From: Chloroherpetonaceae bacterium
GTDB lineage: Bacteria; Bacteroidota; Chlorobiia; Chlorobiales; Thermochlorobacteraceae
Length of the DNA: 64,000 nucleotides
Direction of reading: 5' to 3'
NCBI GenBank assembly: GCA_025056565.1
Contig: JANWWA010000006.1
Coordinates: forward strand, 48,102 to 112,101
Shown here: positions 47,044 through 56,177 of the stretch, piece by piece
How positions within the stretch are numbered: position 1 is the first letter of the stretch
Layout: every line of letters begins with the position of its first letter
The notes under the pieces: model-generated
What the model saw: the letters and a program-made list of their open reading frames with translations, nothing else
Told to the model about the DNA's origin: nothing
Databases searched by the model: none
Position numbers and translations under genes: made by a program

Positions 47044-48738
47044 TTAGAACTTCGTGGGTGGGAGAAAGTCTACGGCTGGAATCTTGACAAAAAAACTTGT
47101 GCCTTTCCCTTCTTCAGTCTCAAAATACAGCTCGCCATTATGCTTCTTTACAATGCTGTAGCAGATGGACAGTCCAAGCCCTGTTCCTTTGCCAACTGGC
47201 TTTGTGGTGAAGAAGGGGTCAAAAATTTTTGCTTGAATGGCTCTTGGAATGCCTGTGCCATTGTCTTGCACTTTTACGACTACATAACCATCTTGAAATG
47301 AAGTTGAAATGTGAATATGTGGCTTTGGACTTTGTTCTACGGCATGCACTGCGTTCTGAATAAGGTTCAGGAACACTTGATTAAGCTGCGCTGGGTAACA
47401 GTCGACCATTGGAATGTTGCCATACTCAGTAGTGAGCCGAATGTTTTGTTCTTTGAATTGATGTCCGATAATTAGCAAGCAACTCTTTATGCCTTCGTTG
47501 AGGTCGGCTTTTTTCATTTCTGCTTCATCGAGTCGTGCGAAGTTTCGCATTCCTTTCACCAATGCAGCCATCTGCTCTAAGCCTGTGGTCATTCCACTAA
47601 AAAGCCGTTCTGTGCGCACTACAATTTCCTGCAAGGCTTCTGGCGTTGAAAGGTTGGAATCGCTAATCGCTTGAAATTCCTTTACGGCTTGCTCAATTTC
47701 TCCACGGTTGAGTGCCTCGAGCGCTTGCAAGGCGCTGGCATAGAGCCTTGCTAATTCTTTGAAGCGACGCTGGGCAATTTCGACATTGTTACTTACATAG
47801 CCGATTGGTGTGTTTAGCTCGTGCGCAATTCCTGCTACCATTTGCCCAAGCGAGCTCATTTTTTCGGACTGAATCAGATGCGCTTGTGTTTCTTGAATCT
47901 CTTTGAGTTTTGCCGCCAGCTCTGCCTCCAAGCGTTTTCGTTCTGAGATATCGGTGATGAATCCGACTAGCACCATTGGTAAGTCATTCTCGTCAAAGAG
48001 CGCTCGTCCATACTCCAGCGCCCATTTGGTTTCGCCCAGCTTTGTAACCAAGCGATACTCGACTTGGAACGGCTCTCGCAACTCGACAGCCTGCTGAATT
48101 TCATACCAAACCCGGTCTCGATCGTCAGGGTGAATCACTTCTTCGCCTAAACTGACCTTGTTGCTCATAAACTCTTCGGCCGAGTAGCCCGTCAGCTTCA
48201 TACAGCCTTCATTGACAAACTCCATTGCTCTAGACTTGTCGTTCTGACCCAAATAGACCATTCCGACCACGTTGCTTACGATATTATGTAGCTGCTGGCG
48301 GTTTGCAGCCAGCGATTCTTCCAGTTTTTTTCTTTCTGTCGAGTCAATCGCTGCGCCGCTAAAGAGCGTGCCGCCATCGGCAAGCTGACGTGGCTTTGCA
48401 GTCCACTGGACAAACTTTTGCGCGCCATTTGGGAAGAAAAGCCAATCTTCAAACACAAAGTTTGTGCGCTTGCTGACGGCTTCTTTGACGGCGCTGAAGA
48501 ATCTCATCTGACTTGAGCGCAACATTAGCTCAAAGAGCCGCTCTGGATGAGCCAGCAACTCTGCCGCAGGCATAGCCAGCAAGGTTTCGCAAGCTGGATT
48601 GACGTAGCAAAAGTAGAACTCCATCTCGCGCGTTACGAGAAACTCATAGATCATCACAGGCGAGTGCTCCAACATCAAACGGTATCGTTCCTCGCTTTGC
48701 GTGTCGGATTTTCTCAGCGTATCGAGTTGCATATTCAT
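47044..48738 (-). CDS. PAS-domain sensor histidine kinase
   Basis: 564 aa, cytoplasmic (no TM seen). Two PAS-like segments. H-box VAGIAHELNTPIGYV. N-box LNLIQNAVHAV. G-boxes DNGTGIP and GKGTGLGLSI. Confidence 0.85.
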   Translation of the reverse strand: MNMQLDTLRKSDTQSEERYRLMLEHSPVMIYEFLVTREMEFYFCYVNPACETLLAMPAAELLAHPERLFELMLRSSQMRFFSAVKEAVSKRTNFVFEDWLFFPNGAQKFVQWTAKPRQLADGGTLFSGAAIDSTERKKLEESLAANRQQLHNIVSNVVGMVYLGQNDKSRAMEFVNEGCMKLTGYSAEEFMSNKVSLGEEVIHPDDRDRVWYEIQQAVELREPFQVEYRLVTKLGETKWALEYGRALFDENDLPMVLVGFITDISERKRLEAELAAKLKEIQETQAHLIQSEKMSSLGQMVAGIAHELNTPIGYVSNNVEIAQRRFKELARLYASALQALEALNRGEIEQAVKEFQAISDSNLSTPEALQEIVVRTERLFSGMTTGLEQMAALVKGMRNFARLDEAEMKKADLNEGIKSCLLIIGHQFKEQNIRLTTEYGNIPMVDCYPAQLNQVFLNLIQNAVHAVEQSPKPHIHISTSFQDGYVVVKVQDNGTGIPRAIQAKIFDPFFTTKPVGKGTGLGLSICYSIVKKHNGELYFETEEGKGTSFFVKIPAVDFLPPTKF

Positions 48739-48771
48739 TATCGGTTAAGGCATTGCGTGATGGCTCTGACC

Positions 48772-49974
48772 TCACTTCGCTTGCTTGCTGCGCAAATTTT
48801 GAAGTGCCTGCAATGCTTCCAGCGATGGGACTGCACTTTTTTTCTGCGCTTTGAGCTCACTTTGTGGCTCAACTGGTGCACTACTCTTTTCTTTCATTGA
48901 AAGCGAAATTTGCAGCATATACATTTCTACAGCTTCGCTGATTAGTGCCTTCAGTCGCTCTGCATTCCAAGGCTTTTGAATGTAGCGGTAAATTTGTCCC
49001 TCGTTAATTAGGCGAATGATGTCCTCCACATCGGTGTAGGCTGTAATCAAGATTTTTGGCACTAGTGGCGCATACTTGCGTGACTCAATCAGCAGGTCTG
49101 CCCCTGTTTTGCCCGGCATTCTCTGGTCGGTGATAAGCAGCGCTACAAAGGCATCTCGTTTCAGAAGGTCAATTGCCTCATTTGCACTTGTGGCACTTAT
49201 GACATCGTAGTCATCTGCAAGCAACTCTGTTAGCGCAGTATGCACTGCCGCTTCGTCATCTACCACAAGTATCTTGGGCTTGCCGCTTTTGCCACGAAAG
49301 GCATTTTCGTAGCCGCTACGCTGTGCTGCTTCACTGAGGCGATCAAAAAACGCCGCCTCATCCTTTTGCTGCTGCTCTAAGCGAGAGAGTGATTCTTCGG
49401 TTAGGTGAATGCCGAAATCCTGTGTGTCCAGTGCGATATCAGATTTGGTAGCAGGCGGCACGGCTTTTTGCGAAAGCTTGCTTAGCGCTGCCAGCGATGC
49501 TCGAAGATCTTGAGTCAGTCGTTCTGTTTTCTTCGTTTCTGCTGGCTCAGTTTTTTCCTGCTGTCCTTTCTGCTCGAGCAGTGCCTGTTGCTGTGCCACA
49601 GCGTTTCGGTGTGCTGCTACTGCCATCTCAATTACATCTTCCAGCTCTTTTGCCTTCCAAGGTTTTCTAATGTAGCGAAACACGGACCCCAGATTCACTG
49701 AGTCGACTACAGCATCGGCATCAGCAAAGCCTGTCAGCAAAATGCGTGTGGCATTTGGCACGCGCTCTGCTGCCGCTGCCAGCACCTCTGTGCCTTTTAT
49801 GCCCGGCATTCGTTGATCGCTGACAATGACGGCTAAATTGGGCAAGCGCTCTAGTGCCGCAATTGCAGCCTCACCTCCTAAGGCGGTGTGCACTTCATAG
49901 CGCATGTCGAATAGTTGCGCCAGTGCTTCCAGCACTTGTGGTTCATCATCAACAAACAAGATTTGCGGTTTCAT
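48772..49974 (-). CDS. dual-receiver response regulator without recognisable output domain
   Basis: 400 aa. REC1 (ILFVDDEPQVL...VSDQRMPGIKG...YIRKPW). About 110-aa charged linker. REC2 (ILVVDDEAAVH...ITDQRMPGKTG...YIQKPW). No HTH or enzymatic domain evident. Confidence 0.85.
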   Translation of the reverse strand: MKPQILFVDDEPQVLEALAQLFDMRYEVHTALGGEAAIAALERLPNLAVIVSDQRMPGIKGTEVLAAAAERVPNATRILLTGFADADAVVDSVNLGSVFRYIRKPWKAKELEDVIEMAVAAHRNAVAQQQALLEQKGQQEKTEPAETKKTERLTQDLRASLAALSKLSQKAVPPATKSDIALDTQDFGIHLTEESLSRLEQQQKDEAAFFDRLSEAAQRSGYENAFRGKSGKPKILVVDDEAAVHTALTELLADDYDVISATSANEAIDLLKRDAFVALLITDQRMPGKTGADLLIESRKYAPLVPKILITAYTDVEDIIRLINEGQIYRYIQKPWNAERLKALISEAVEMYMLQISLSMKEKSSAPVEPQSELKAQKKSAVPSLEALQALQNLRSKQAK

Positions 49975-50187
49975 ACTTTTGCCACATTTAGTTTTCGGTG
50001 AGGCTTTTGACCTCAGAAGTTACACAAATTATGCGTTCTCTCGAGCTCGTTAAAAAACTTTAAATCGTTTTTTGAAATTTTGTTTTTTTGTATACTTGCC
50101 AGAACAACAGAGCAACAAGCAGTCTCAGCTGCTCCTATTGGTTACACAATCATTTCAACGAAAATCTTTTAACGAACTTCAAACGCT

Positions 50188-50943
50188 ATGAAGCAGGGCA
50201 CGTTCACAATTGTATTGCTTACACTGGCGCTTGCCGTAGGCATTGCTATCTACATCTGGTTCGGTGCACAACCGAAGGGTACAATCTTCCACGCCATTTT
50301 TGAAGGCGGACCGCTGGTCTCTGTCTTGATTGCCTTCATCATTATGATTTTCGCATATGTGATTGAACGCACAATTGCGCTTAACAAAGCAAAGGGCAAA
50401 GGCTCAATGGCTGACTTTATTCGCGAGGTGAAGGAAGAAATTGAAGCAGGACGCATTGATGGCGCAATTGCTAAGTGTGATGCTCATCAAAGCTCACTGG
50501 CTGCTGTGATTCGCGCTGGTTTAGACAAGTATAAGTCGCTGGTGGCACGCAAGGTTACTGACCCAGAGAAACGCCGCACTGAAATGCAAAAGGCAATTGA
50601 GGATGCAACTGCAGTCGAAATGCCTCTTCTCGAAAAGAACCTTGTTGCCCTCTCTACAATTGCCTCAATTTCCACGATGGTCGGACTGCTTGGCACGACG
50701 ATTGGCATGATTCGTGCCTTTACGGCACTTGCCACAGGCGGCGCGCCCGATGCGGTCCAGCTTTCGCTTGGTATTTCAGAAGCGCTCTTCAACACAGCTG
50801 GCGGCATTTTTGGCGGCATTGCTGCGATTGTAGCATATAACGTCTTCACCAGTCAGGTTGACAGCTTCTCATACCAGATTGACGAATCAGCCTTTTACAT
50901 TGTCGAGACGCTCTCTACGCGTGAAGAAAAGTCAGTTGCCTGA
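50188..50943 (+). CDS. exbB: MotA/TolQ/ExbB proton-channel protein
   Basis: 251 aa with three TM helices. The signature LSTIASISTMVGLLGTTIGMIRAF is typical of ExbB/TolQ. Confidence 0.9.
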   Translation: MKQGTFTIVLLTLALAVGIAIYIWFGAQPKGTIFHAIFEGGPLVSVLIAFIIMIFAYVIERTIALNKAKGKGSMADFIREVKEEIEAGRIDGAIAKCDAHQSSLAAVIRAGLDKYKSLVARKVTDPEKRRTEMQKAIEDATAVEMPLLEKNLVALSTIASISTMVGLLGTTIGMIRAFTALATGGAPDAVQLSLGISEALFNTAGGIFGGIAAIVAYNVFTSQVDSFSYQIDESAFYIVETLSTREEKSVA

Positions 50944-50966
50944 ACTCTTAACTGACAGCACTGGGT

Positions 50967-51536
50967 ATGGCAAAGGTCAAAAAGACAACAAGAACTGGTA
51001 TTAAGCAAGATATGACGCCAATGGTCGATGTCGCTTTCTTGCTTCTTACCTTCTTTATGCTCACCACGCAGTTTCGTCCGCCAGAACTGACACCGATTAA
51101 CTTGCCCAATGCGACGGCAGAACGCAAGTTGCCTGACCGCGACATTTTGACGGTTACGATTGGCGCTAAAGGCGATGTCTACTTGGGCGTCGATGCACAG
51201 CCGACCCGTGACCGCATTTTTAACAACTACATTGCAAAGCGTTTGGGCGAAGCAGGTATGGGCGCCGCAGCCGTTGAGGACTCGGCGCGTAAGTTTCGAC
51301 TGGCTGAGGGCTTTTTCATCGGCGATGGAAGCGATATGGCACGGCTTGCGACCAACTTAGAGACAATGATTATCCAAGCACGTTTAGCCGAGCCGCGTCT
51401 TCGCCCCGTTATTAAAGCCGATGTAACGACCGATTATCAGTATGTAAAGCTCACGATGGATATTTTCAGAAAAACCAATATGCCGACCTTTAACCTCATC
51501 ACCAGTCTTGAAGCTCTACCAAAACCTAAAAATTAA
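50967..51536 (+). CDS. exbD: ExbD/TolR biopolymer transport protein (paralogue 1)
   Basis: 189 aa. DMTPMVDVAFLLLTFFMLTT TM segment carrying the conserved Asp. Periplasmic ExbD domain. Confidence 0.9.
   Translation: MAKVKKTTRTGIKQDMTPMVDVAFLLLTFFMLTTQFRPPELTPINLPNATAERKLPDRDILTVTIGAKGDVYLGVDAQPTRDRIFNNYIAKRLGEAGMGAAAVEDSARKFRLAEGFFIGDGSDMARLATNLETMIIQARLAEPRLRPVIKADVTTDYQYVKLTMDIFRKTNMPTFNLITSLEALPKPKN
51009..51064. repeat. 56-bp segment identical to 51639-51694 (exbD paralogue TM region), copy 1
   Basis: GATATGACGCCAATGGTCGATGTCGCTTTCTTGCTTCTTACCTTCTTTATGCTCAC occurs identically in both exbD genes, at an offset of 630 nt. Confidence 0.95.
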
Positions 51537-51551
51537 AGGAGAGAGACAAAT

Positions 51552-52136
51552 ATGGGTGGTGGAATTGCGGCACCAGAATCACAGAGTACTCGCAAAAAAG
51601 GCAAGAAAAAGAAGCGAAAGCGTCTTGGCTTTACACTGGATATGACGCCAATGGTCGATGTCGCTTTCTTGCTTCTTACCTTCTTTATGCTCACGACGAC
51701 CTTTGCCAAGCCAAACACGATGGAGGTGAACTTGCCTTCCAAAGATATGAGTGAAGTAAAGGTCGCTGAGTCGAATGTGCTCACCATCCGGGTTACGGAG
51801 GGCGACAAAGCCTACTGGAACATCGGCTTCGATGAACCGAAACCGTTTGAGCTATATGACAAAAGCGGCGAAAAGCCTACCATTAGCAATGAGTTTCGCA
51901 ATATCTTGAAAACCGAGAGTGAGAAAATTCGCCAGCGTGTTGGTGAAGATGTGATGGCTATTGTCTTGAAGTTTGATAAGAAGGCGCAGTATCGCAATCT
52001 TGTAGATGTTTTAGATGAACTCAACATTTTGCAGTATCGGCGTTTCAGTATTGCGGACTACACGGAGCAAGATGCCGCAGAAATTGAAAAAGTGTCGGGC
52101 ACTCAAGCGGGGGCTGCCCCAGCCAATCAACCCTGA
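51552..52136 (+). CDS. exbD: ExbD/TolR biopolymer transport protein (paralogue 2)
   Basis: 194 aa. Lys/Arg-rich N-terminus. Same DMTPMVDVAFLLLTFFMLTT segment. SD AAAGGAGAGAG upstream. Confidence 0.9.
   Translation: MGGGIAAPESQSTRKKGKKKKRKRLGFTLDMTPMVDVAFLLLTFFMLTTTFAKPNTMEVNLPSKDMSEVKVAESNVLTIRVTEGDKAYWNIGFDEPKPFELYDKSGEKPTISNEFRNILKTESEKIRQRVGEDVMAIVLKFDKKAQYRNLVDVLDELNILQYRRFSIADYTEQDAAEIEKVSGTQAGAAPANQP
51639..51694. repeat. 56-bp segment identical to 51009-51064, copy 2
   Basis: See copy 1. The flanking coding sequence of the two paralogues is strongly diverged. Confidence 0.95.
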
Positions 52137-52152
52137 AAGGAGGATACACATA

Positions 52153-53037
52153 ATGAGCGAGATTCTGGAAAAAGAGACGAAGACAGCCGCTTCTAATACT
52201 GAATACAGCAATGGTCACCACAACGATAGTGGGTTCATCAAGCTTGACTACCTTGATACTGAGCGCTTCCGCAACATCAACTACGGCAACCTCATTTTGC
52301 GGAAAGAGTCGCACAAGTATCTTGCGCGCGGTGTCTTCACCTCTATTGGATTTGTCGCAGGTTTGCTTTTCACCTACATTGCTTGGGGGATTATTCACAA
52401 CTTGCTCAAAGGTGATGAGGAGGAGAACGTCCCCGTAGTTGTGCAGAAAATCGACATCGCCAATCTGCAGCCGCCGCCGCCAATGGACGAGAAAGCGCCA
52501 CCGCCACCACCACCTGCCGCTATTAAGCCGCCGCAAGCACCTGACATTGGCGAAATCAAAAAAGTCAAAGATGAAGAGGCGCCACCTAAGCGCACCATTG
52601 CTGACCAAAACAAGCTCAAAGAAGCTATTGAGAAAAACGCTATCACGGGCGAAGATTCGACTGGCTTTTCCGAGGCTGTTCGCTTAGTTGCTCCTGCCGC
52701 GCCTTCTGGGCCAGCGGTTGCCGTCGACGACAACGCCGATCCACCAGACTTTGTTGCTGTCGAAAAGGAGCCACAATTTATCAATCAGGTAAAACCAGTC
52801 TATCCTGAAATTGCCCGTAAAGCAGGCATTGAAGGCCGTGTGGTCTTGCGCGTGCTCATTGATAAAGACGGCAAGCCACAAAAGGCACAAATTCTCAAAA
52901 ATCCGGGCACAGATATCTTTGATGAAGCGGCGATTGCGTCGGTGATGCAATCGAGTTACTCGCCTGCTATTCAGAACGGCAAACCTGTCAAGTGCTGGCT
53001 GACTGTGCCCATCAAGTTCACCCTAAGCTCGAAGTAA
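52153..53037 (+). CDS. tonB: energy transducer TonB
   Basis: The track ORF starts at 52015. I prefer ATG 52153, preceded by AAAGGAGGA. One TM helix. Pro-rich spacer PPPPMDEKAPPPPPPAAIKPPQAP. TonB_C domain YPEIARKAGIEGRVVLRVLIDKDGKP. Confidence 0.85.
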   Translation: MSEILEKETKTAASNTEYSNGHHNDSGFIKLDYLDTERFRNINYGNLILRKESHKYLARGVFTSIGFVAGLLFTYIAWGIIHNLLKGDEEENVPVVVQKIDIANLQPPPPMDEKAPPPPPPAAIKPPQAPDIGEIKKVKDEEAPPKRTIADQNKLKEAIEKNAITGEDSTGFSEAVRLVAPAAPSGPAVAVDDNADPPDFVAVEKEPQFINQVKPVYPEIARKAGIEGRVVLRVLIDKDGKPQKAQILKNPGTDIFDEAAIASVMQSSYSPAIQNGKPVKCWLTVPIKFTLSSK

Positions 53038-53060
53038 GTTTCGACTGCCTTTGAGACAAG

Positions 53061-53092
53061 AAGGTAGGCTAAGTTGTAAGCCTACCTTTTTT
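53061..53092 (+). terminator. Rho-independent terminator after tonB
   Basis: Perfect 10-bp stem AAGGTAGGCT (53061-53070) / AGCCTACCTT (53079-53088) with an 8-nt loop, running into TTTTTT. Confidence 0.7.
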
Positions 53093-53257
53093 CTTCGCTT
53101 TTAACCTACTTGCTTTCTTCAAATGCAATATGGGACTTGGCTTAGCGTTGAACCAACCGCATCAATGCTTTTTGCGAGTGCTTGAACGTTTGCTACATTT
53201 TTTTAGTTTTGCCGGCAAAGTAACTCTTTCAACAAAACGCAAAACGACTGTTTGACT

Positions 53258-56086
53258 ATGCTGAAAGTCTTTACGCACGGTTGGCGTTTTGCCATCGCAG
53301 TCACCTTCTTAGGCTTTTCGATCTGCTCTTTCTCATACCCAGTTTTTGCTCAGGAATATGGCACCATTTCAGGCAAGGTTACAGATGCAAAGTTTGGTGA
53401 GCCTTTGCCTTTTGTGCGCATTCAAGTCGTGGACTCCAAGCTCGGCACCGTGTCGCAGACAGATGGGCGATACAGTTTTCGCGTGCCGCCGGGCGAATAT
53501 ACCTTGCGCGTCTCCAGCATCGGCTATGCCCCACAGATCGCAAAAGTCAAAGTCGGTGCTGGCGAAACCGTCGTGAAAGACTTTGTGCTGGTCGAGACCT
53601 TCGTGCAAGCGCAAGAACTGGTCGTTACAGGCACACGCCGCAGCGACCGCACGGTGACCGAATCACCTGCTCCGATTGACATCATTACGGCCAAAGAAAT
53701 TCGTCAGATGGGGCAAGTAGAGACAAACCAAATCCTACAGTTTCTTGTCCCGTCTTACAACTTCCCGCGTCCCTCAATTACTGATGGCACTGACCATGTG
53801 CGTCCTGCCACACTGCGCGGAATGGGGCCTGACCAAGTGCTGGTGCTTCTAAACGGCAAGCGCCGTCATACCTCCGCGCTGGTTAATGTTAACGGCTCAA
53901 TTGGACGTGGTGCGGCAGCTGTAGATCTGAATGCGATTCCTGCCAGTGCCATAGAGCGCATTGAGATTTTGCGTGACGGCGCTGCGGCACAATATGGCTC
54001 TGATGCCATCTCAGGCGTTATTAACATTATTTTGAAAAAGGACGCGCCGTCTAATGTCTCTGCACAGTTTGGGCAAAATCTTGAGGGCGATGGACGCGTT
54101 TTGCAGGCTGATTTTTCACATAGTTTTCGCCTGAGCGAAAACGGTTTTCTTAACCTTAGTGGCGAGCTGCGCGACCGTGGCTTTACTAACCGCTCAGGGC
54201 GCGATGAACGACAGCTTTTTTCACTTGTAAATGGTAACCCTGACCCACGCGAGAATACCATCAACCGCATTAACCATCGCTTTGGCGATGCCGCCACGCT
54301 TGATGGCACATTTTTCTTCAATCTTTCACAGCCTATCTCTGAGTCGTTTGCCGTCTACAGCTTCGGCGGTTTCGGTTACCGGCGTGGGGAGGCCACTGGC
54401 TTTTTCCGGCCGTCGCAAGACGACCGTGTAGCGCGTTCCCGAGATGCAAATGGCAACATTGTTGCCTTGCATCCCGATGGCTTTTTGCCAATGATTCGCA
54501 GCAACATTTACGATATGTCGGCGGCGGCTGGACTGGAAGGTCGCTTGGGAAGCTGGGACTTGAATGTGGGCGTCGTGCACGGACGCAACTACTTTGATTT
54601 CAATGTGGTCAATAGCAATAATGCTTCTTTGGGCGCAATTGTCTCGCCGCAAGATGCACCAATTTTAGGCTTACCTGTTGGCGCACCGACTCCGACTTCT
54701 GCCTACTGCGGCACAATCTCATTTTTCCAAACTACTGTCAATGCTGATGCCCACACACAGCTTTTCTGGGGTCTTGCTGCTCCGCTCAATCTTTCGCTCG
54801 GCGCAGAGTATCGCAACGACCAATATGGCATCCGCGAGGGTGAGCCAGCCTCGTATATGCGCGGTCGGGGTCCTGATACACTGGTTCTGCGTGCTAACGG
54901 CACACGAGGAGGCTTAGCCGCTGCTGGCATTCAAGTTTTCCCCGGCTTTCAGCCTGTCGATGCCAAGCAGATTGGACGCAATAGCGTCGCCCTGTATGTC
55001 GAGGCAGAACAAAACTTCACAGAGTCTTTTCTTTTGAACCTTGCAGGTCGCTTTGAGAACTTTAGCGACTTTGGCTCTACCATTAACGGTAAAGCAGCTT
55101 TCCGATTTGAGTTTCTCAAAGGCTATGCGATTCGCGGCTCAGTGAGCACGGGTTTCCGTGCACCCTCCATGCAGCAAATCGGGTTTTCGACGGTTTCCAC
55201 GAACTTTATCGGTGGTGTGCCGTTTGAAATCAAGACCTTTACCGTCGATGACCCTGTGGCACGTGCGCTTGGCGCAAAGCCATTGAAGCCTGAACGCACG
55301 CTGAATTTCGCAGGCGGCTTAACCTTAGACCCCGCTCCGAATTTTTCTCTTACCGCCGACTACTACCACATTACCGTTACTGACCGAATTGTACTCTCTG
55401 GTAACTTTATTGGCGATGCGATTCGCAACTTCCTTGCACAGCGAGGCTTTTCAGGTGTCGGTGGCGGGCGCTTCTTTACGAATGCGATTGATACGCGCAC
55501 ACAAGGCGTAGATGTGGTCGCACGCTATGTGCAGGACTTGGGTCAGTATGGCGTGCTTCGTTTTACAGTTGGTTTCAACTACACACAAAACCAGATTATC
55601 AACATCAACACACCGACACCGCCTGAATTAGGCAATCTGAACGAAACTCTCATTGACCGTGTAGAGCGCTTCCGCATTGAGCGCGGTCAGCCACAAACCA
55701 ACTTGAACCTGATGCTCAACTACAACTATGGTGATTTTGCCTTGATGCTTCGCACAGTGCGCTTCGGTGAAATTGCAGCTCCTGCATTTGGTCAATTACC
55801 CGAAATTAATCCTACCATTACCATCAACAATGTCATTTACCCTGACATTACAGTCTTTGACCAGACCTTTGGTGCGCGCTGGATTACAGACATTGATCTC
55901 TCCTATCGCTTCTTTGATAGGCTGACCGTCGCTGTAGGAGGCACTAACATTTTCAACATCTATCCCGACCGCACGATTTTGATTCCTAACAACGCCAACA
56001 GCGGTCGCATTTTGCCCTTCTCTGGCGCTTCGCCATTTGGATTCAATGGTGCACATTTCTACTCACGCATTTCATATGCGCTGTAA
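53258..56086 (+). CDS. TonB-dependent receptor (CarboxypepD_reg + plug + barrel)
   Basis: About 942 aa from ATG 53258 (the track begins at TTG 53252). Signal peptide ending FAQE. GTISGKVTDAKFGEPLPFVRIQVVDSKLGTVSQTDGRYSFRVPPGEYTLRVSSIGYA. Plug (DRTVTESPAPIDIITAKEIRQMG, ATLRGMGPDQVLVLLNGKR). Terminal aromatic-rich strand ...HFYSRISYAL. Confidence 0.9.
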   Translation: MLKVFTHGWRFAIAVTFLGFSICSFSYPVFAQEYGTISGKVTDAKFGEPLPFVRIQVVDSKLGTVSQTDGRYSFRVPPGEYTLRVSSIGYAPQIAKVKVGAGETVVKDFVLVETFVQAQELVVTGTRRSDRTVTESPAPIDIITAKEIRQMGQVETNQILQFLVPSYNFPRPSITDGTDHVRPATLRGMGPDQVLVLLNGKRRHTSALVNVNGSIGRGAAAVDLNAIPASAIERIEILRDGAAAQYGSDAISGVINIILKKDAPSNVSAQFGQNLEGDGRVLQADFSHSFRLSENGFLNLSGELRDRGFTNRSGRDERQLFSLVNGNPDPRENTINRINHRFGDAATLDGTFFFNLSQPISESFAVYSFGGFGYRRGEATGFFRPSQDDRVARSRDANGNIVALHPDGFLPMIRSNIYDMSAAAGLEGRLGSWDLNVGVVHGRNYFDFNVVNSNNASLGAIVSPQDAPILGLPVGAPTPTSAYCGTISFFQTTVNADAHTQLFWGLAAPLNLSLGAEYRNDQYGIREGEPASYMRGRGPDTLVLRANGTRGGLAAAGIQVFPGFQPVDAKQIGRNSVALYVEAEQNFTESFLLNLAGRFENFSDFGSTINGKAAFRFEFLKGYAIRGSVSTGFRAPSMQQIGFSTVSTNFIGGVPFEIKTFTVDDPVARALGAKPLKPERTLNFAGGLTLDPAPNFSLTADYYHITVTDRIVLSGNFIGDAIRNFLAQRGFSGVGGGRFFTNAIDTRTQGVDVVARYVQDLGQYGVLRFTVGFNYTQNQIININTPTPPELGNLNETLIDRVERFRIERGQPQTNLNLMLNYNYGDFALMLRTVRFGEIAAPAFGQLPEINPTITINNVIYPDITVFDQTFGARWITDIDLSYRFFDRLTVAVGGTNIFNIYPDRTILIPNNANSGRILPFSGASPFGFNGAHFYSRISYAL

Positions 56087-56177
56087 TGAGGGGAAGTATG
56101 GCGCAAGTCTTTGTCCTTCATAAAATCCTTTTGCATAGACTTGCGCCATTTTGCGAACTACAAAACCACAAAAAGAT

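Noticed and set aside
53093-53257. Leader of the 944-aa TonB-dependent receptor, examined for cobalamin, TPP or other riboswitches and for Fur-like boxes
   Set aside because: There is no B12 box (GCCACTG-like), no CTGAGA TPP core and no obvious 19-bp AT-rich palindrome. The region appears to be ordinary promoter space after the tonB terminator.
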